Below, piece by piece: positions 1 through 8,304 of a stretch of DNA of 64,000 nucleotides. Location of the stretch: assembly GCA_963674785.1 (NCBI GenBank), contig OY771555.1, positions 64,001 through 128,000 on the forward strand. The letters run 5' to 3'. Position numbers and translations under genes: made by a program. The notes beneath the pieces are model-generated. The model did not search any database and was not told where the DNA came from. It saw nothing but the letters and a program-made list of their open reading frames with translations. Within the stretch, counting starts at the first letter, position 1. The number at the start of each line of letters is the position of its first letter. This DNA comes from Caldisericia bacterium. GTDB lineage: Bacteria > Caldisericota > Caldisericia > JAAYUI01.

Positions 1-1045
1 CAGAAAGTTGATCTTGAATCATCTCAAGGATCATCTTGTGTGCTTCAGATAGTTGCACCAAGCCATCTGCTCCCTCAGCTATCTGCTTGAATGAATCCCC
101 ATAATTTGAAAATAACTCTGCCACCTGATCCATGCTTGAAGATGTATCTTCAGTTAAGTCCTCAATAGCCGAAAACATGTTTTCAAGGTTTTCGATATTA
201 TCAAGTGACTCTGACATATCGAGACTGCTAGAACTTTCAAGCATTGCAAGAAGCTCATCCGTGTCTCCCATCGAACCCATAACTTCTAATAAAGACTCAT
301 CAATTTCAGGAATCTGAATTGAAGGAAGAGACGGCATCATTGAGATTGATATATTTGGCAGTCTTAAATGATCATCTTTAATCCAGAATGAAACCGTATC
401 GGTTGGTCTTGGCATAACCGTCCACATAAGTTTTCTGCTATTGCCAATTGTCATCTCAAAAGCATCATTGAAAGAAAGCTCTTCATATCTATCAGAAGCA
501 ATATCAGCCTGCACAATGACAGTCACTGGAGTATAGACGGTTTCTAAACTTTCTTTCGCGGAACTCCCAGCCGTCCATTTTATCAACTCTTCATGTGGTA
601 GAGTGTTTGTAAATTTGATTGAAATCTCTAGTTTTCCGGATTTCCCGATAATCTCTGATTCATCAACTTGTTTCCCATCAAGCTCCAAAGCAATATCAAA
701 TTCAATTGGTAGTTTTTTATTTGTTGTTCCAGAGTAGAACAAATCGGAGCTAGAGTCTTGAGGAATTTCCCAATAAAGCTTGTCTCCATCAATCACTTTT
801 TTTGCTGTTGGGTGGAGCACAACTATATTTTCGAGTTCTGGATTATCTTGTACTTTTGAATTGCCCTCATTAAACCTCAACCAATTTACAACCGATGTAT
901 TTTTTATCTTGCCATCCCAACCAAGAACCGAATATATTGTTTGTGTTCTTTTCCCTTCATATGTTTCCTCACCAAAAACAACTGCAGAAGAGACACAAAA
1001 AAAGAAAAGCACAAGACTTAAAATGATAGAAACACGTTTACGCAT
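1..1045 (-). CDS. Secreted YhgE/Pip-like partner protein of the MMPL transporter (3' end runs off the window)
   Basis: Not in the ORF track because its stop lies outside the window. ATG at 1045 follows AGGAGG and overlaps the MMPL stop. Manual translation MRKRVSIILSLVLFFFCVSSAVVFG (signal peptide)...QTIYSVLGWDGKIKNTSVVNWL...DLFYSGTTNKKLP...LDGKQVDESEIIGKSGKLEISIKFTN resembles MMPL-associated proteins, followed by a helical region; open to position 2. Confidence 0.75.
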   Translation of the reverse strand, partial: MRKRVSIILSLVLFFFCVSSAVVFGEETYEGKRTQTIYSVLGWDGKIKNTSVVNWLRFNEGNSKVQDNPELENIVVLHPTAKKVIDGDKLYWEIPQDSSSDLFYSGTTNKKLPIEFDIALELDGKQVDESEIIGKSGKLEISIKFTNTLPHEELIKWTAGSSAKESLETVYTPVTVIVQADIASDRYEELSFNDAFEMTIGNSRKLMWTVMPRPTDTVSFWIKDDHLRLPNISISMMPSLPSIQIPEIDESLLEVMGSMGDTDELLAMLESSSSLDMSESLDNIENLENMFSAIEDLTEDTSSSMDQVAELFSNYGDSFKQIAEGADGLVQLSEAHKMILEMIQDQLS

Positions 1046-3098
1046 TATTTTTCCTCCTACCCTTGATAAACTCAATCATCACAAGAAGGGCTGGTAAAAC
1101 CAGTAGAACAACCAACATCGATATTATCGCACCTCTTGAAAACAAGGTTGTCATGCTTCTGACCATTGAAATCTTTGAAACCAATGATATTGCAAAGGTT
1201 GCACCAAAAAGTGTTGCAGCTGCAGTCATTATCGCAGGCCCTGCTCCTTTGACGGTATTGATCATCGCCTCAGTGACTGAAACACCCACCTTTTGTTTCT
1301 CTTCATTAAACCTTGATGCAAGAAGAATACAGTAATCAACAGTAGCCCCAAGTTGGATTGCTGAAAGGGCAACAAAAGATGCAAAGAAAGTAGTTGTGAC
1401 GCCAGAGTAGAAAAGGAAAGAGATGTTTATCCAGATAGCAACCTCAATTGAGAGCACAATCACAAGCGTTTGCCAGAGTTTCCTGAGTGACAGGAAGATA
1501 ATCAAGAGAATTGCGATGACTGAGACCAGTGTCACCTTATTCAAATCTGGCTTGGAGACCCTTGCCAAATCATACTGCATCACATCCTCGCCAGTCACAA
1601 TTACCTTTTCATCATATCTATCTTCAAGCTTTTGGAGCTCTTCTATAACTGAGTCTTCAAACTCATCCGTTCCTTCAACAATCTTTACAAGCATCAGGTT
1701 TCTATTACCTTTTGAAAGTTGACTTGTGACCTTTTCTGGTACGAATGTATCGGGGATGTATATCGTTCCAAGCGACAAAGAACCCCTTGCACTTTCGACT
1801 CCTGTAATCTCTGAAACCTCTTTTTCAATTTGCATCTGTTCAGAAGTTGAGCAATCAGTCATTATTATCGTGGCTTCTTTCCCTGAGCCAAAGCTCTCGC
1901 CAATGATTTCTAAATCAGCTTGAGTTTGTTCACTTAACTCAAATCCTTCGGTTGTATTGTATGTAACCTGAAGATTGAAATTTCCAAAACACGCGATCGA
2001 CCCCACAACGATAAAAACCACAACTATTATTGCGCGATTATTTACAACAAATCTTCCCAAACCAGATAGATTAGGTATCAACTGGCGATGCTTGAGATTT
2101 GATAGTGGTTTTTCCAAGAAAAGAATCAATGCTGGAAGAAGAGTTAGGGTCAGAATAAAACCAATCGCAACTCCTTGAGCCATCACCATACCCATATCAC
2201 CCATCATTTTGTAGCTCATAATCATGAGTGCCAGAAATCCAGCTGCTGTTGTAAGACCAGAAGAAAAAAGTGATGCTGATGTTTTTGAAATTGACTCAAT
2301 CATTGCTTTTTTATGATCATCAAATCGATGTTTTTCTTCCTCATACCTGTGTAGAAGGAAGACAGCATAATCTAGGGTAACTGCAATTTGTAAGGCTGCA
2401 GCAACAGATGACGAAATAAAACTCATCTGACCACGCAGCAGATACGTGAATCCAAAATTGATAATGATTGAGATTCCAGCAATAAGAAGAAAGAGTATAG
2501 AATACGCCGGTTGAGTGAGAGCAAACCCAAGAACAATAAGTGAGATTATCAATGCCATTATAAGCATCAATGTCTTTGCATCCTCACCCATCATTCTCAT
2601 CTCCTCAAGGTAAACAAAACTACCCGTTATACTTATATTCTCTCTTCCAATAGTTTCATATATATCTTCTACCTTTTGCTTTGTGCTTGATGTCCCTGTA
2701 TCTTTGAGTTTTGTCTGAATAATTGTCGAACCATCAACGAAAAACTGATCAATATAATTCCTATCAACGTAGTTATCAGGAAGATATATTCCTGCGACAT
2801 CGGAATACCAAAAAGTCTCAGATATATACGGAAGTGATTTCAATTTCTCATTAATTTGGTCGGCTTCGACTTTTGTTTTGTCAGTCAAAATAACAAAAAC
2901 AGTTTCAGAGCCACCAAATTCATCAGTTATTATCTTCATCCCCTTTATTGAGGAAAGTGTTGATGGAAGATAATCATTAAAATCATAGTTTACGTTCAAT
3001 CCACCCATCCCAACAAAAGAGAGAAGTAGGATACCAATTGACATAACCGCGATCAACACACGGTTATCCACAATCCAGGACGCAATTTTTCTGCCCAT
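1038..3098 (-). CDS. MMPL/RND family transporter
   Basis: Two repeats of 1 TM + soluble loop + 5 TM, with DY motifs TLDYAVFL and TVDYCILL. Confidence 0.9.
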   Translation of the reverse strand: MGRKIASWIVDNRVLIAVMSIGILLLSFVGMGGLNVNYDFNDYLPSTLSSIKGMKIITDEFGGSETVFVILTDKTKVEADQINEKLKSLPYISETFWYSDVAGIYLPDNYVDRNYIDQFFVDGSTIIQTKLKDTGTSSTKQKVEDIYETIGRENISITGSFVYLEEMRMMGEDAKTLMLIMALIISLIVLGFALTQPAYSILFLLIAGISIIINFGFTYLLRGQMSFISSSVAAALQIAVTLDYAVFLLHRYEEEKHRFDDHKKAMIESISKTSASLFSSGLTTAAGFLALMIMSYKMMGDMGMVMAQGVAIGFILTLTLLPALILFLEKPLSNLKHRQLIPNLSGLGRFVVNNRAIIVVVFIVVGSIACFGNFNLQVTYNTTEGFELSEQTQADLEIIGESFGSGKEATIIMTDCSTSEQMQIEKEVSEITGVESARGSLSLGTIYIPDTFVPEKVTSQLSKGNRNLMLVKIVEGTDEFEDSVIEELQKLEDRYDEKVIVTGEDVMQYDLARVSKPDLNKVTLVSVIAILLIIFLSLRKLWQTLVIVLSIEVAIWINISFLFYSGVTTTFFASFVALSAIQLGATVDYCILLASRFNEEKQKVGVSVTEAMINTVKGAGPAIMTAAATLFGATFAISLVSKISMVRSMTTLFSRGAIISMLVVLLVLPALLVMIEFIKGRRKNNA

Positions 3099-3099
3099 A

Positions 3100-3684
3100 T
3101 TAATCCCTCTTTACAGCCCCAAACATACAGAGCTTTATAAAAGCATTAAACATTTCATCGACTCCAAATTCTAGCTTTTCCAGTGCTCCATCTAAAATTA
3201 TCTGTTTCAAACTTATACTTATGATGTCAGCTATAATATCAAAATCCATTTTTTCCAACACACCAATCTCATAACCAGTTTTAAGATATGTTGCCACGAT
3301 TCCCCGAGCATTTTTTCTGAATTTGTCTGAATAAAACCTTACCAAAGCGGAATGTGGAAGCTCCTCGGTGATGATTTTTAAAATATCAGAGTTTGCAGAG
3401 TAAAACTTTCTGAAACTATCCGAGAGACCATATAACTCCAAAAAGAACTCATCTTTTGAAGAAATATCCTTATTTATATCAATCAAAGATAACAGACCTG
3501 CCTGTTCTAGTTCAATAACCGATATCAATTCCTCAAGTATACTTTCTTTATTTTTGAAGTAGAGATAAAAAGTCCCCTGTGCAAGACCTGCATCCTTCAC
3601 AATATCAGATACTCTTGTCCTTGAGTATCCATTCATAAACATCAATCTTCTCGCAGATTCAACAAGTTGCTCCTTAGCGCTCAT
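3100..3684 (-). CDS. TetR/AcrR family transcriptional regulator
   Basis: HTH motif GYSRTRVSDIVKDAGLAQGTFYLYFKNKE; first gene of the MMPL operon. Confidence 0.93.
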   Translation of the reverse strand: MSAKEQLVESARRLMFMNGYSRTRVSDIVKDAGLAQGTFYLYFKNKESILEELISVIELEQAGLLSLIDINKDISSKDEFFLELYGLSDSFRKFYSANSDILKIITEELPHSALVRFYSDKFRKNARGIVATYLKTGYEIGVLEKMDFDIIADIISISLKQIILDGALEKLEFGVDEMFNAFIKLCMFGAVKRD

Positions 3685-3696
3685 TTTCCTTCTTTC

Positions 3697-3714
3697 TGAC
3701 TGAACGTTCAGTCA
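3697..3714. promoter_or_regulatory. Putative TetR operator 1 (perfect palindrome TGACTGAACGTTCAGTCA)
   Basis: 18-bp perfect palindrome just upstream of the tetR RBS. Confidence 0.75.
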
Positions 3715-3746
3715 TCAACAATAAATCATCATAAAGGCATATTTGA

Positions 3747-3798
3747 CATATTATGACTGACTTGTCAGTCATAATATGGGATAGAGAAAAAATGTCAA
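3747..3798 (-). promoter_or_regulatory. tetR-MMPL promoter overlapping putative TetR operator 2
   Basis: Inverted repeat CATATTATGACTGAC-TT-GTCAGTCATAATATG (3747-3778) shares the TGACTGA-N4-TCAGTCA core with operator 1. Minus-strand TTGACA (3798-3793)-16 bp-TATTAT. Confidence 0.75.
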
Positions 3799-3820
3799 GA
3801 TATTGAAAAGATTTTTGATG

Positions 3821-4366
3821 CTATTTTAAAACGCTACCGTCGTACTCGACCTTAACCCAACCGGGTTCATCGATCAGAGGGGTCACACTTATCTTCAGAT
3901 TATAGTATCCGTCAGTTACTTGAAGACTCCCACTTCCATCCTGAGGGATATATATGAGTGGATCTTCGTTATCTGGAAGGTTTCTATTAATCATAAGACC
4001 ATATGGTTCTAAGCTGTCTGCAAACCACGTATAAATAAGTTCTGATGAATTTTTATGATATGTCTCTGCCTTGATGCTTATCCTTCCTTTTTCAAGTGGA
4101 AGTTCAAAAATCACAGGCTCTTTTTGTGGATGAAACATGGGTTCTGAAAAAACAGGAACATAAGCTGAAAGGTTATCAGCCCATAAAGGATTTTCTGTGT
4201 ATTCTACATCAACAACGACCTGAGATGGTGGGTCAGGAATATCTACTTCTTGACCTTTCTGATAAGGCTCAAGAATATCTTCACTTGAATAATATACCTT
4301 TTCGGTTGAACATCCAACCATCAAAACGATAACTACACAAACTATAAGTGACCATGTATTTTTCAT
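3821..4366 (-). CDS. Hypothetical lipoprotein
   Basis: Signal peptide ending in lipobox LMVGC; overlaps the stop of the upstream gene. Confidence 0.65.
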   Translation of the reverse strand: MKNTWSLIVCVVIVLMVGCSTEKVYYSSEDILEPYQKGQEVDIPDPPSQVVVDVEYTENPLWADNLSAYVPVFSEPMFHPQKEPVIFELPLEKGRISIKAETYHKNSSELIYTWFADSLEPYGLMINRNLPDNEDPLIYIPQDGSGSLQVTDGYYNLKISVTPLIDEPGWVKVEYDGSVLK

Positions 4367-4815
4367 TTTATATCCCTTGTAACTAAGTAAGTAACTCGAA
4401 TTGTTCTAGACCCAGATTCAGAAAGTATCGAAAGCTCAATAAACTCATCCCCTCTTTTTGCTTGAACCCTTGCCACCTCACCATCATAACCCATCAAGTC
4501 AATCAGTGTCCAGCCGAGGTTTTGAACTTCCTGAGCATACCACTCATAAACAACACTCGCTGAGGCATTTGTTTGAAGAGTGCCCGAAACAACTTCAATC
4601 ATGTTTGTATCCCGCAAAGGTTTCTCAACAACTCTAAGTGGATCAGCGGGATAGTTTTTTGCATTTTTATAGATAGGTATATAATCCGGAATCTCTGACA
4701 TTCGATTTTCCAAATCAACCTTGGGTTCAAACGATATCATCGACGGAACCGTCGCTTGGCAAGAGGCAAAGAACATGACTCCCAATATTATTATAAAAAG
4801 ATACCTAAACTTCAT
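4363..4815 (-). CDS. Hypothetical lipoprotein (probable start ATG 4815)
   Basis: MKFRYLFIIILGVMFFASC lipobox. Shares a loose (Y)(I/V)P(I/V)(Y/F)...(V/I)Y.W(Y/F) pattern with the downstream lipoprotein, so they may be paralogues. Confidence 0.65.
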   Translation of the reverse strand: MKFRYLFIIILGVMFFASCQATVPSMISFEPKVDLENRMSEIPDYIPIYKNAKNYPADPLRVVEKPLRDTNMIEVVSGTLQTNASASVVYEWYAQEVQNLGWTLIDLMGYDGEVARVQAKRGDEFIELSILSESGSRTIRVTYLVTRDIK

Positions 4816-4851
4816 GGATGGAAAAATAACACATCCCTCATTTCTGGTCAA
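4816..4851 (-). promoter_or_regulatory. Promoter, probably leaderless
   Basis: TTGACC-17 bp-TATTTT with a TG extension, 7 nt before ATG 4815. Confidence 0.55.
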
Positions 4852-4932
4852 CTGAACTTTTGTATTTCTCACTGTAAACACTCATACACATTAGGTGTCA
4901 TAATAGTTGAATCAAAAATTAAGGAGAAATTT

Positions 4933-5247
4933 ATGAAACTTACAACACAAGACAACTTTGCAGAATTTGAAATCAGCGAGACCCTTGGAATCGTAAACGG
5001 GAACACCGTCAGAACCAGAGGTTTTGGGCACGACTTTATGGCAGGACTGAAAAACCTTGTCGGCGGAGAGATCGGTGCATACGTCGAGATGCTTCAAAAA
5101 GCACGTGAAGAGGCGATGGAGCGAATGGTCGCAAACGCCGAAAAACTCGGAGCAGACGGAATTGTTTGCATCAGAATCACAACATCAAGCGTGATGCAGG
5201 GTGCATCCGAGATAATGGCATTTGGTACTGCTGTTAAGTTTAAGTAG
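4933..5247 (+). CDS. YbjQ / UPF0145 family protein
   Basis: AAGGAG RBS then MKLTTQD...LGIVNG...DFMAGLKNLVGGEIGAY...AREEAMERM...LGADGIV...FGTAVK. Confidence 0.9.
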   Translation: MKLTTQDNFAEFEISETLGIVNGNTVRTRGFGHDFMAGLKNLVGGEIGAYVEMLQKAREEAMERMVANAEKLGADGIVCIRITTSSVMQGASEIMAFGTAVKFK

Positions 5248-5252
5248 AACTA

Positions 5253-5492
5253 TCAGTTATTCTTTTGACTAATTGTGTGTTTTGATGCAGCAAATCCACC
5301 AAGGATAGCTGCAAATAGTCCGACCTTGAGTGCCGTGAACCAACTGATGTTTGCGGCAATCAAACCCTGCTCAACTGCTCCTGGAAACAAATCTGGAATT
5401 ACCCATCCCCACATGAGTTTGAGAAGTAAAATCACCACAACAAACAAACCAAGAGCAAAAACTGCCAATAAACCAACTTTTCCAATTTTCAT
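5253..5492 (-). CDS. Small two-TM membrane protein
   Basis: AAGGAG RBS before ATG 5492; two hydrophobic helices around WGWVIPDLFPGAVEQGL. Confidence 0.65.
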   Translation of the reverse strand: MKIGKVGLLAVFALGLFVVVILLLKLMWGWVIPDLFPGAVEQGLIAANISWFTALKVGLFAAILGGFAASKHTISQKNN

Positions 5493-5560
5493 AAAACACT
5501 CCTTATAAGACAATCAATAATTAGAAATATCTAAATTTCAATAAAGGGTTCTGAAGAGAG

Positions 5561-6574
5561 CTACCTCAAATATTTCCTGATATTTGCATTATGCTCGGAC
5601 AGAGTCTTTGCAAAAACTGAAGTACCATTTCCAGTTGCTACAAAAAAGAAATAATCAGATTCAGCAGGATAAAGAACTGCATGGATTGCGTCTTGCCCAG
5701 GTGAACAGATTGGTCCAGGTGGAAGCCCAGGGTATTTGTATGTGTTATATGGGTCATCAGTTCGAAGTTGTTTGGTTGAAAGCATGTATCCATCAATCTT
5801 AAGTGAGTATGCAAGTGTTGCATTACACTCAAGTTTCCAACTTTTGTTCAGCCTGTTCCAAAAAACAGATGAGATAAGAGGCATCTCCTCAGCGTTTCCT
5901 GATTCGGCTTGAACAATTGATGCGAATGTCACACACTCGTGAATGGTCAAACCAAGCTCTTTGCACCTTGCAACATATGAATCATCAAAGATTTTTTCAA
6001 ACTGAGTGAGTTTTGTCTGGATAATCTTTTCTGCAGTAGGTTCCTCAATCAGATATGTTTGAGGAAACAGGTAACCTTCAAGGTCGGCATCCTCCGGAAT
6101 GTTTTTTGAAAACTTGAAATTGAAAAGGTCTTTATGGTTTTTTGCTAAAGTCCTGTACCTTTCATTGTCAATCTCTTCACGTTTTTTCAGGGCATCTGCA
6201 AACTGGTCAATTGTTAGACCTTCAAGAAATGTGTACTTTTGAGGAGGAATCTTACCTTCAGTCAAAAGTTTTTCAATCACCTCAGGCATTGTGTTTGGTT
6301 CTGTGAATGTGAAATATCCAGCCTGAAGCTTTGTTGCAGCTTCCTCTCTTTTTACTTCCCACAGGAATATTTTTTTTGATTTAATCAGTTCAAGATAAAC
6401 AAGAAGATCCGCAATCTCTGAAGGATTCATTCCTTTTCTAATCTCAAATTTTACGGGGTATTCGCTTGCAGAAAATGGAGTATTGATCGTATTTAAAACA
6501 CTTATGTAAACCCAAACACCAGCAATTCCAATCACCAGAAGAACAGCAACAATAGTCAATAATATCTTTTTCAT
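5561..6574 (-). CDS. mltG: Endolytic transglycosylase MltG
   Basis: N-terminal TM; LEGYLFPQTY, ASIVQAE, SVFWNRL, PYNTYKYPGLPPGPICSPG motifs. Confidence 0.93.
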   Translation of the reverse strand: MKKILLTIVAVLLVIGIAGVWVYISVLNTINTPFSASEYPVKFEIRKGMNPSEIADLLVYLELIKSKKIFLWEVKREEAATKLQAGYFTFTEPNTMPEVIEKLLTEGKIPPQKYTFLEGLTIDQFADALKKREEIDNERYRTLAKNHKDLFNFKFSKNIPEDADLEGYLFPQTYLIEEPTAEKIIQTKLTQFEKIFDDSYVARCKELGLTIHECVTFASIVQAESGNAEEMPLISSVFWNRLNKSWKLECNATLAYSLKIDGYMLSTKQLRTDDPYNTYKYPGLPPGPICSPGQDAIHAVLYPAESDYFFFVATGNGTSVFAKTLSEHNANIRKYLR

Positions 6575-6577
6575 GAT

Positions 6578-7576
6578 CTAGTCCCTTTGAGATTTGAGCT
6601 GTCCACAAGCACCCTTTGATTCACCACCTTGAGATCTTCTAACTGTTGCTGAATGACCAAATTCACGCAGAGTTTTTAAAAAATGTCTGATTTTTGAACC
6701 ATCTGATGGTTTGTAATCCACATCACTGACTTCATTGAACGGAATGAGGTTTATCAAACATGGTATATCAAAGACCAAATCGGAAAGCTGTCTTGCATGC
6801 TCAACAGAATCATTTACACCATCAATCATTATGTATTCAAAGGTTTCGCGGTTTCCAGTTGCTCTCTGATGTCTCTTCACATCAGTCATGAGATTCTTCA
6901 GATTCATTGCTTTTGCAGCATTTGGCATGATCTCTTCGCGAAGCTTCTGGTTTGGAGCGTGCAATGATATTGCAAGGTTTACACGGGGCGAATCCTCGGC
7001 AAGTTCTGAAATTATATGTGGAAGTCCGACCGTGGAAATCGTTATATGCCTTGGTGAAAACTTCGCTTCAGAAATAAGTCTTTGAACTGAAGTTTTCACA
7101 TTTGGCCAATTTGAAAGAGGCTCACCAATCCCCATAAAAACAATGTTTCTGGGTCTTGGTTTGCATAACGCTACCTGAGACATTATCTCTGCTACCGAAA
7201 GATTCCTCTTCAATCCCTTTTTACCCGACTCACAGAATGTACATGAAAAAGCACATCCAATCTGAGTAGAAATACACACCGTCGAATGACTGCTTGTTTT
7301 CATCAGAATCATTTCAACGATATTTCCGTCAATCATCTGAACAAGCATCTTCTTTGATCTGTCCTGGGACTTATCAACTTTCACAACCTTTGGACCAAAA
7401 AAGAATTCACTACGGAGGTGTTCTCTGACCTCAGATGGAAGGTCGCTCATCTTGTTGATGTTTAAAACACCTTTTTGCCATATCCAGTCTATTACTTGAT
7501 CAGCCCTGTAAGCAGGTTCTCCAAGCAAACTCATCCACTCAGATAGCTCTGCTCGTGATTGTGATAAAATTTCCAT
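6578..7576 (-). CDS. rlmN: 23S rRNA/tRNA m2A methyltransferase RlmN (radical SAM); true start ATG 7576
   Basis: CISTQIGCAFSCTFC (CxxxCxxC), VFMGIGEP, LAISLHAP, NLIPFN, GACGQL. The ORF-track extension to 7765 reads through tRNA-Gly and is spurious. Confidence 0.93.
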   Translation of the reverse strand: MEILSQSRAELSEWMSLLGEPAYRADQVIDWIWQKGVLNINKMSDLPSEVREHLRSEFFFGPKVVKVDKSQDRSKKMLVQMIDGNIVEMILMKTSSHSTVCISTQIGCAFSCTFCESGKKGLKRNLSVAEIMSQVALCKPRPRNIVFMGIGEPLSNWPNVKTSVQRLISEAKFSPRHITISTVGLPHIISELAEDSPRVNLAISLHAPNQKLREEIMPNAAKAMNLKNLMTDVKRHQRATGNRETFEYIMIDGVNDSVEHARQLSDLVFDIPCLINLIPFNEVSDVDYKPSDGSKIRHFLKTLREFGHSATVRRSQGGESKGACGQLKSQRD

Positions 7577-7611
7577 AGCTTGAGAATAACCAGCAAAGGA
7601 CAAATATTCAA
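7577..7611 (-). promoter_or_regulatory. rlmN promoter, probably leaderless
   Basis: TTGAAT-17 bp-TATTCT-6 nt-ATG; no SD. Confidence 0.6.
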
Positions 7612-7643
7612 CAGTAAAACGCTTGAAATGTTTCGGAAAAGAC

Positions 7644-7719
7644 TGGAGCGGGAGACGGGGCTCGAACCCGCTACCCCCAGCTTGGAAGGCTAGTGCTCTA
7701 CCAAATGAGCTACTCCCGC
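7644..7719 (-). tRNA. tRNA-Gly (TCC)
   Basis: Reverse complement GCGGGAGTAGCTCATTTGGTAGAGCACTAGCCTTCCAAGCTGGGGGTAGCGGGTTCGAGCCCCGTCTCCCGCTCCA: 76 nt cloverleaf with encoded CCA. Confidence 0.97.
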
Positions 7720-7813
7720 TCAGAGAGAATGAGCAAGATAATAGCAAACAATGGCAGATGGTCAATAAAAGAAAACATTAAAAAGACACAACTACAGAAA
7801 AAAGTTAGAAAAC

Positions 7814-7848
7814 TTGTCAATTCAACAAAAAAAGTTAGAATCTGAATC
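7814..7848 (+). promoter_or_regulatory. smpB promoter, probably leaderless
   Basis: TTGTCA-16 bp-TAGAAT-7 nt-ATG; no SD. Confidence 0.6.
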
Positions 7849-8304
7849 ATGATTCATAAAGGTACTGTTGCGACAAACAGAAAAGCAAAACACGACTATC
7901 AGCTTGAGAAGGCGTTTGAGGCTGGAATCGTGCTTGCGGGAGACGAGGTTAAATCACTAAGGCTTGGTTCATGTGATTTATCTGGCTCATATGTTGAGGA
8001 GAGAAATGGAGAAATTTATCTCATTGACACATACATAAGACCATACCCTGGAGCAAGAGAACCCAGTAAACCCAGAAGGGCAAGGAAGCTTCTTCTTTCC
8101 AGGCAACAGATAAGAAGACTCATTGCAAGATTAATCCAAGGTGGATTTACCTGTGTTCCACTTGAAGTTTTTTTCAATGAAAAAGGGATTGCAAAAGTCA
8201 GAATCGCCCTGGCAAAGGGAAGAAAAAAATATGACCACAAAGATCAGATACTTGAAAGAACAAGAAAGAACGAAACAAGAACTGCAAAAAGGAATCTAGA
8301 ATAA
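7849..8304 (+). CDS. smpB: SsrA-binding protein SmpB
   Basis: NRKAKHDY...FEAGIVLAGDEVKSLR...RARKLLL...IALAKGRKKYD. Confidence 0.95.
   Translation: MIHKGTVATNRKAKHDYQLEKAFEAGIVLAGDEVKSLRLGSCDLSGSYVEERNGEIYLIDTYIRPYPGAREPSKPRRARKLLLSRQQIRRLIARLIQGGFTCVPLEVFFNEKGIAKVRIALAKGRKKYDHKDQILERTRKNETRTAKRNLE

Noticed and set aside
7644-7719. tRNA-Gly (and tRNA-Trp) as integration sites of a mobile element
   Set aside because: Both are flanked by housekeeping genes; I saw no integrase or duplicated tRNA 3' end.
7577-7765. N-terminal extension of RlmN in the ORF track
   Set aside because: It reads through tRNA-Gly; RlmN similarity and a promoter point to ATG 7576.
7798-7840. Direct repeat AAAAAAGTTAGAA (two copies) upstream of smpB
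   Set aside because: It is short and low-complexity with only two copies; not a CRISPR array or att site I can support.
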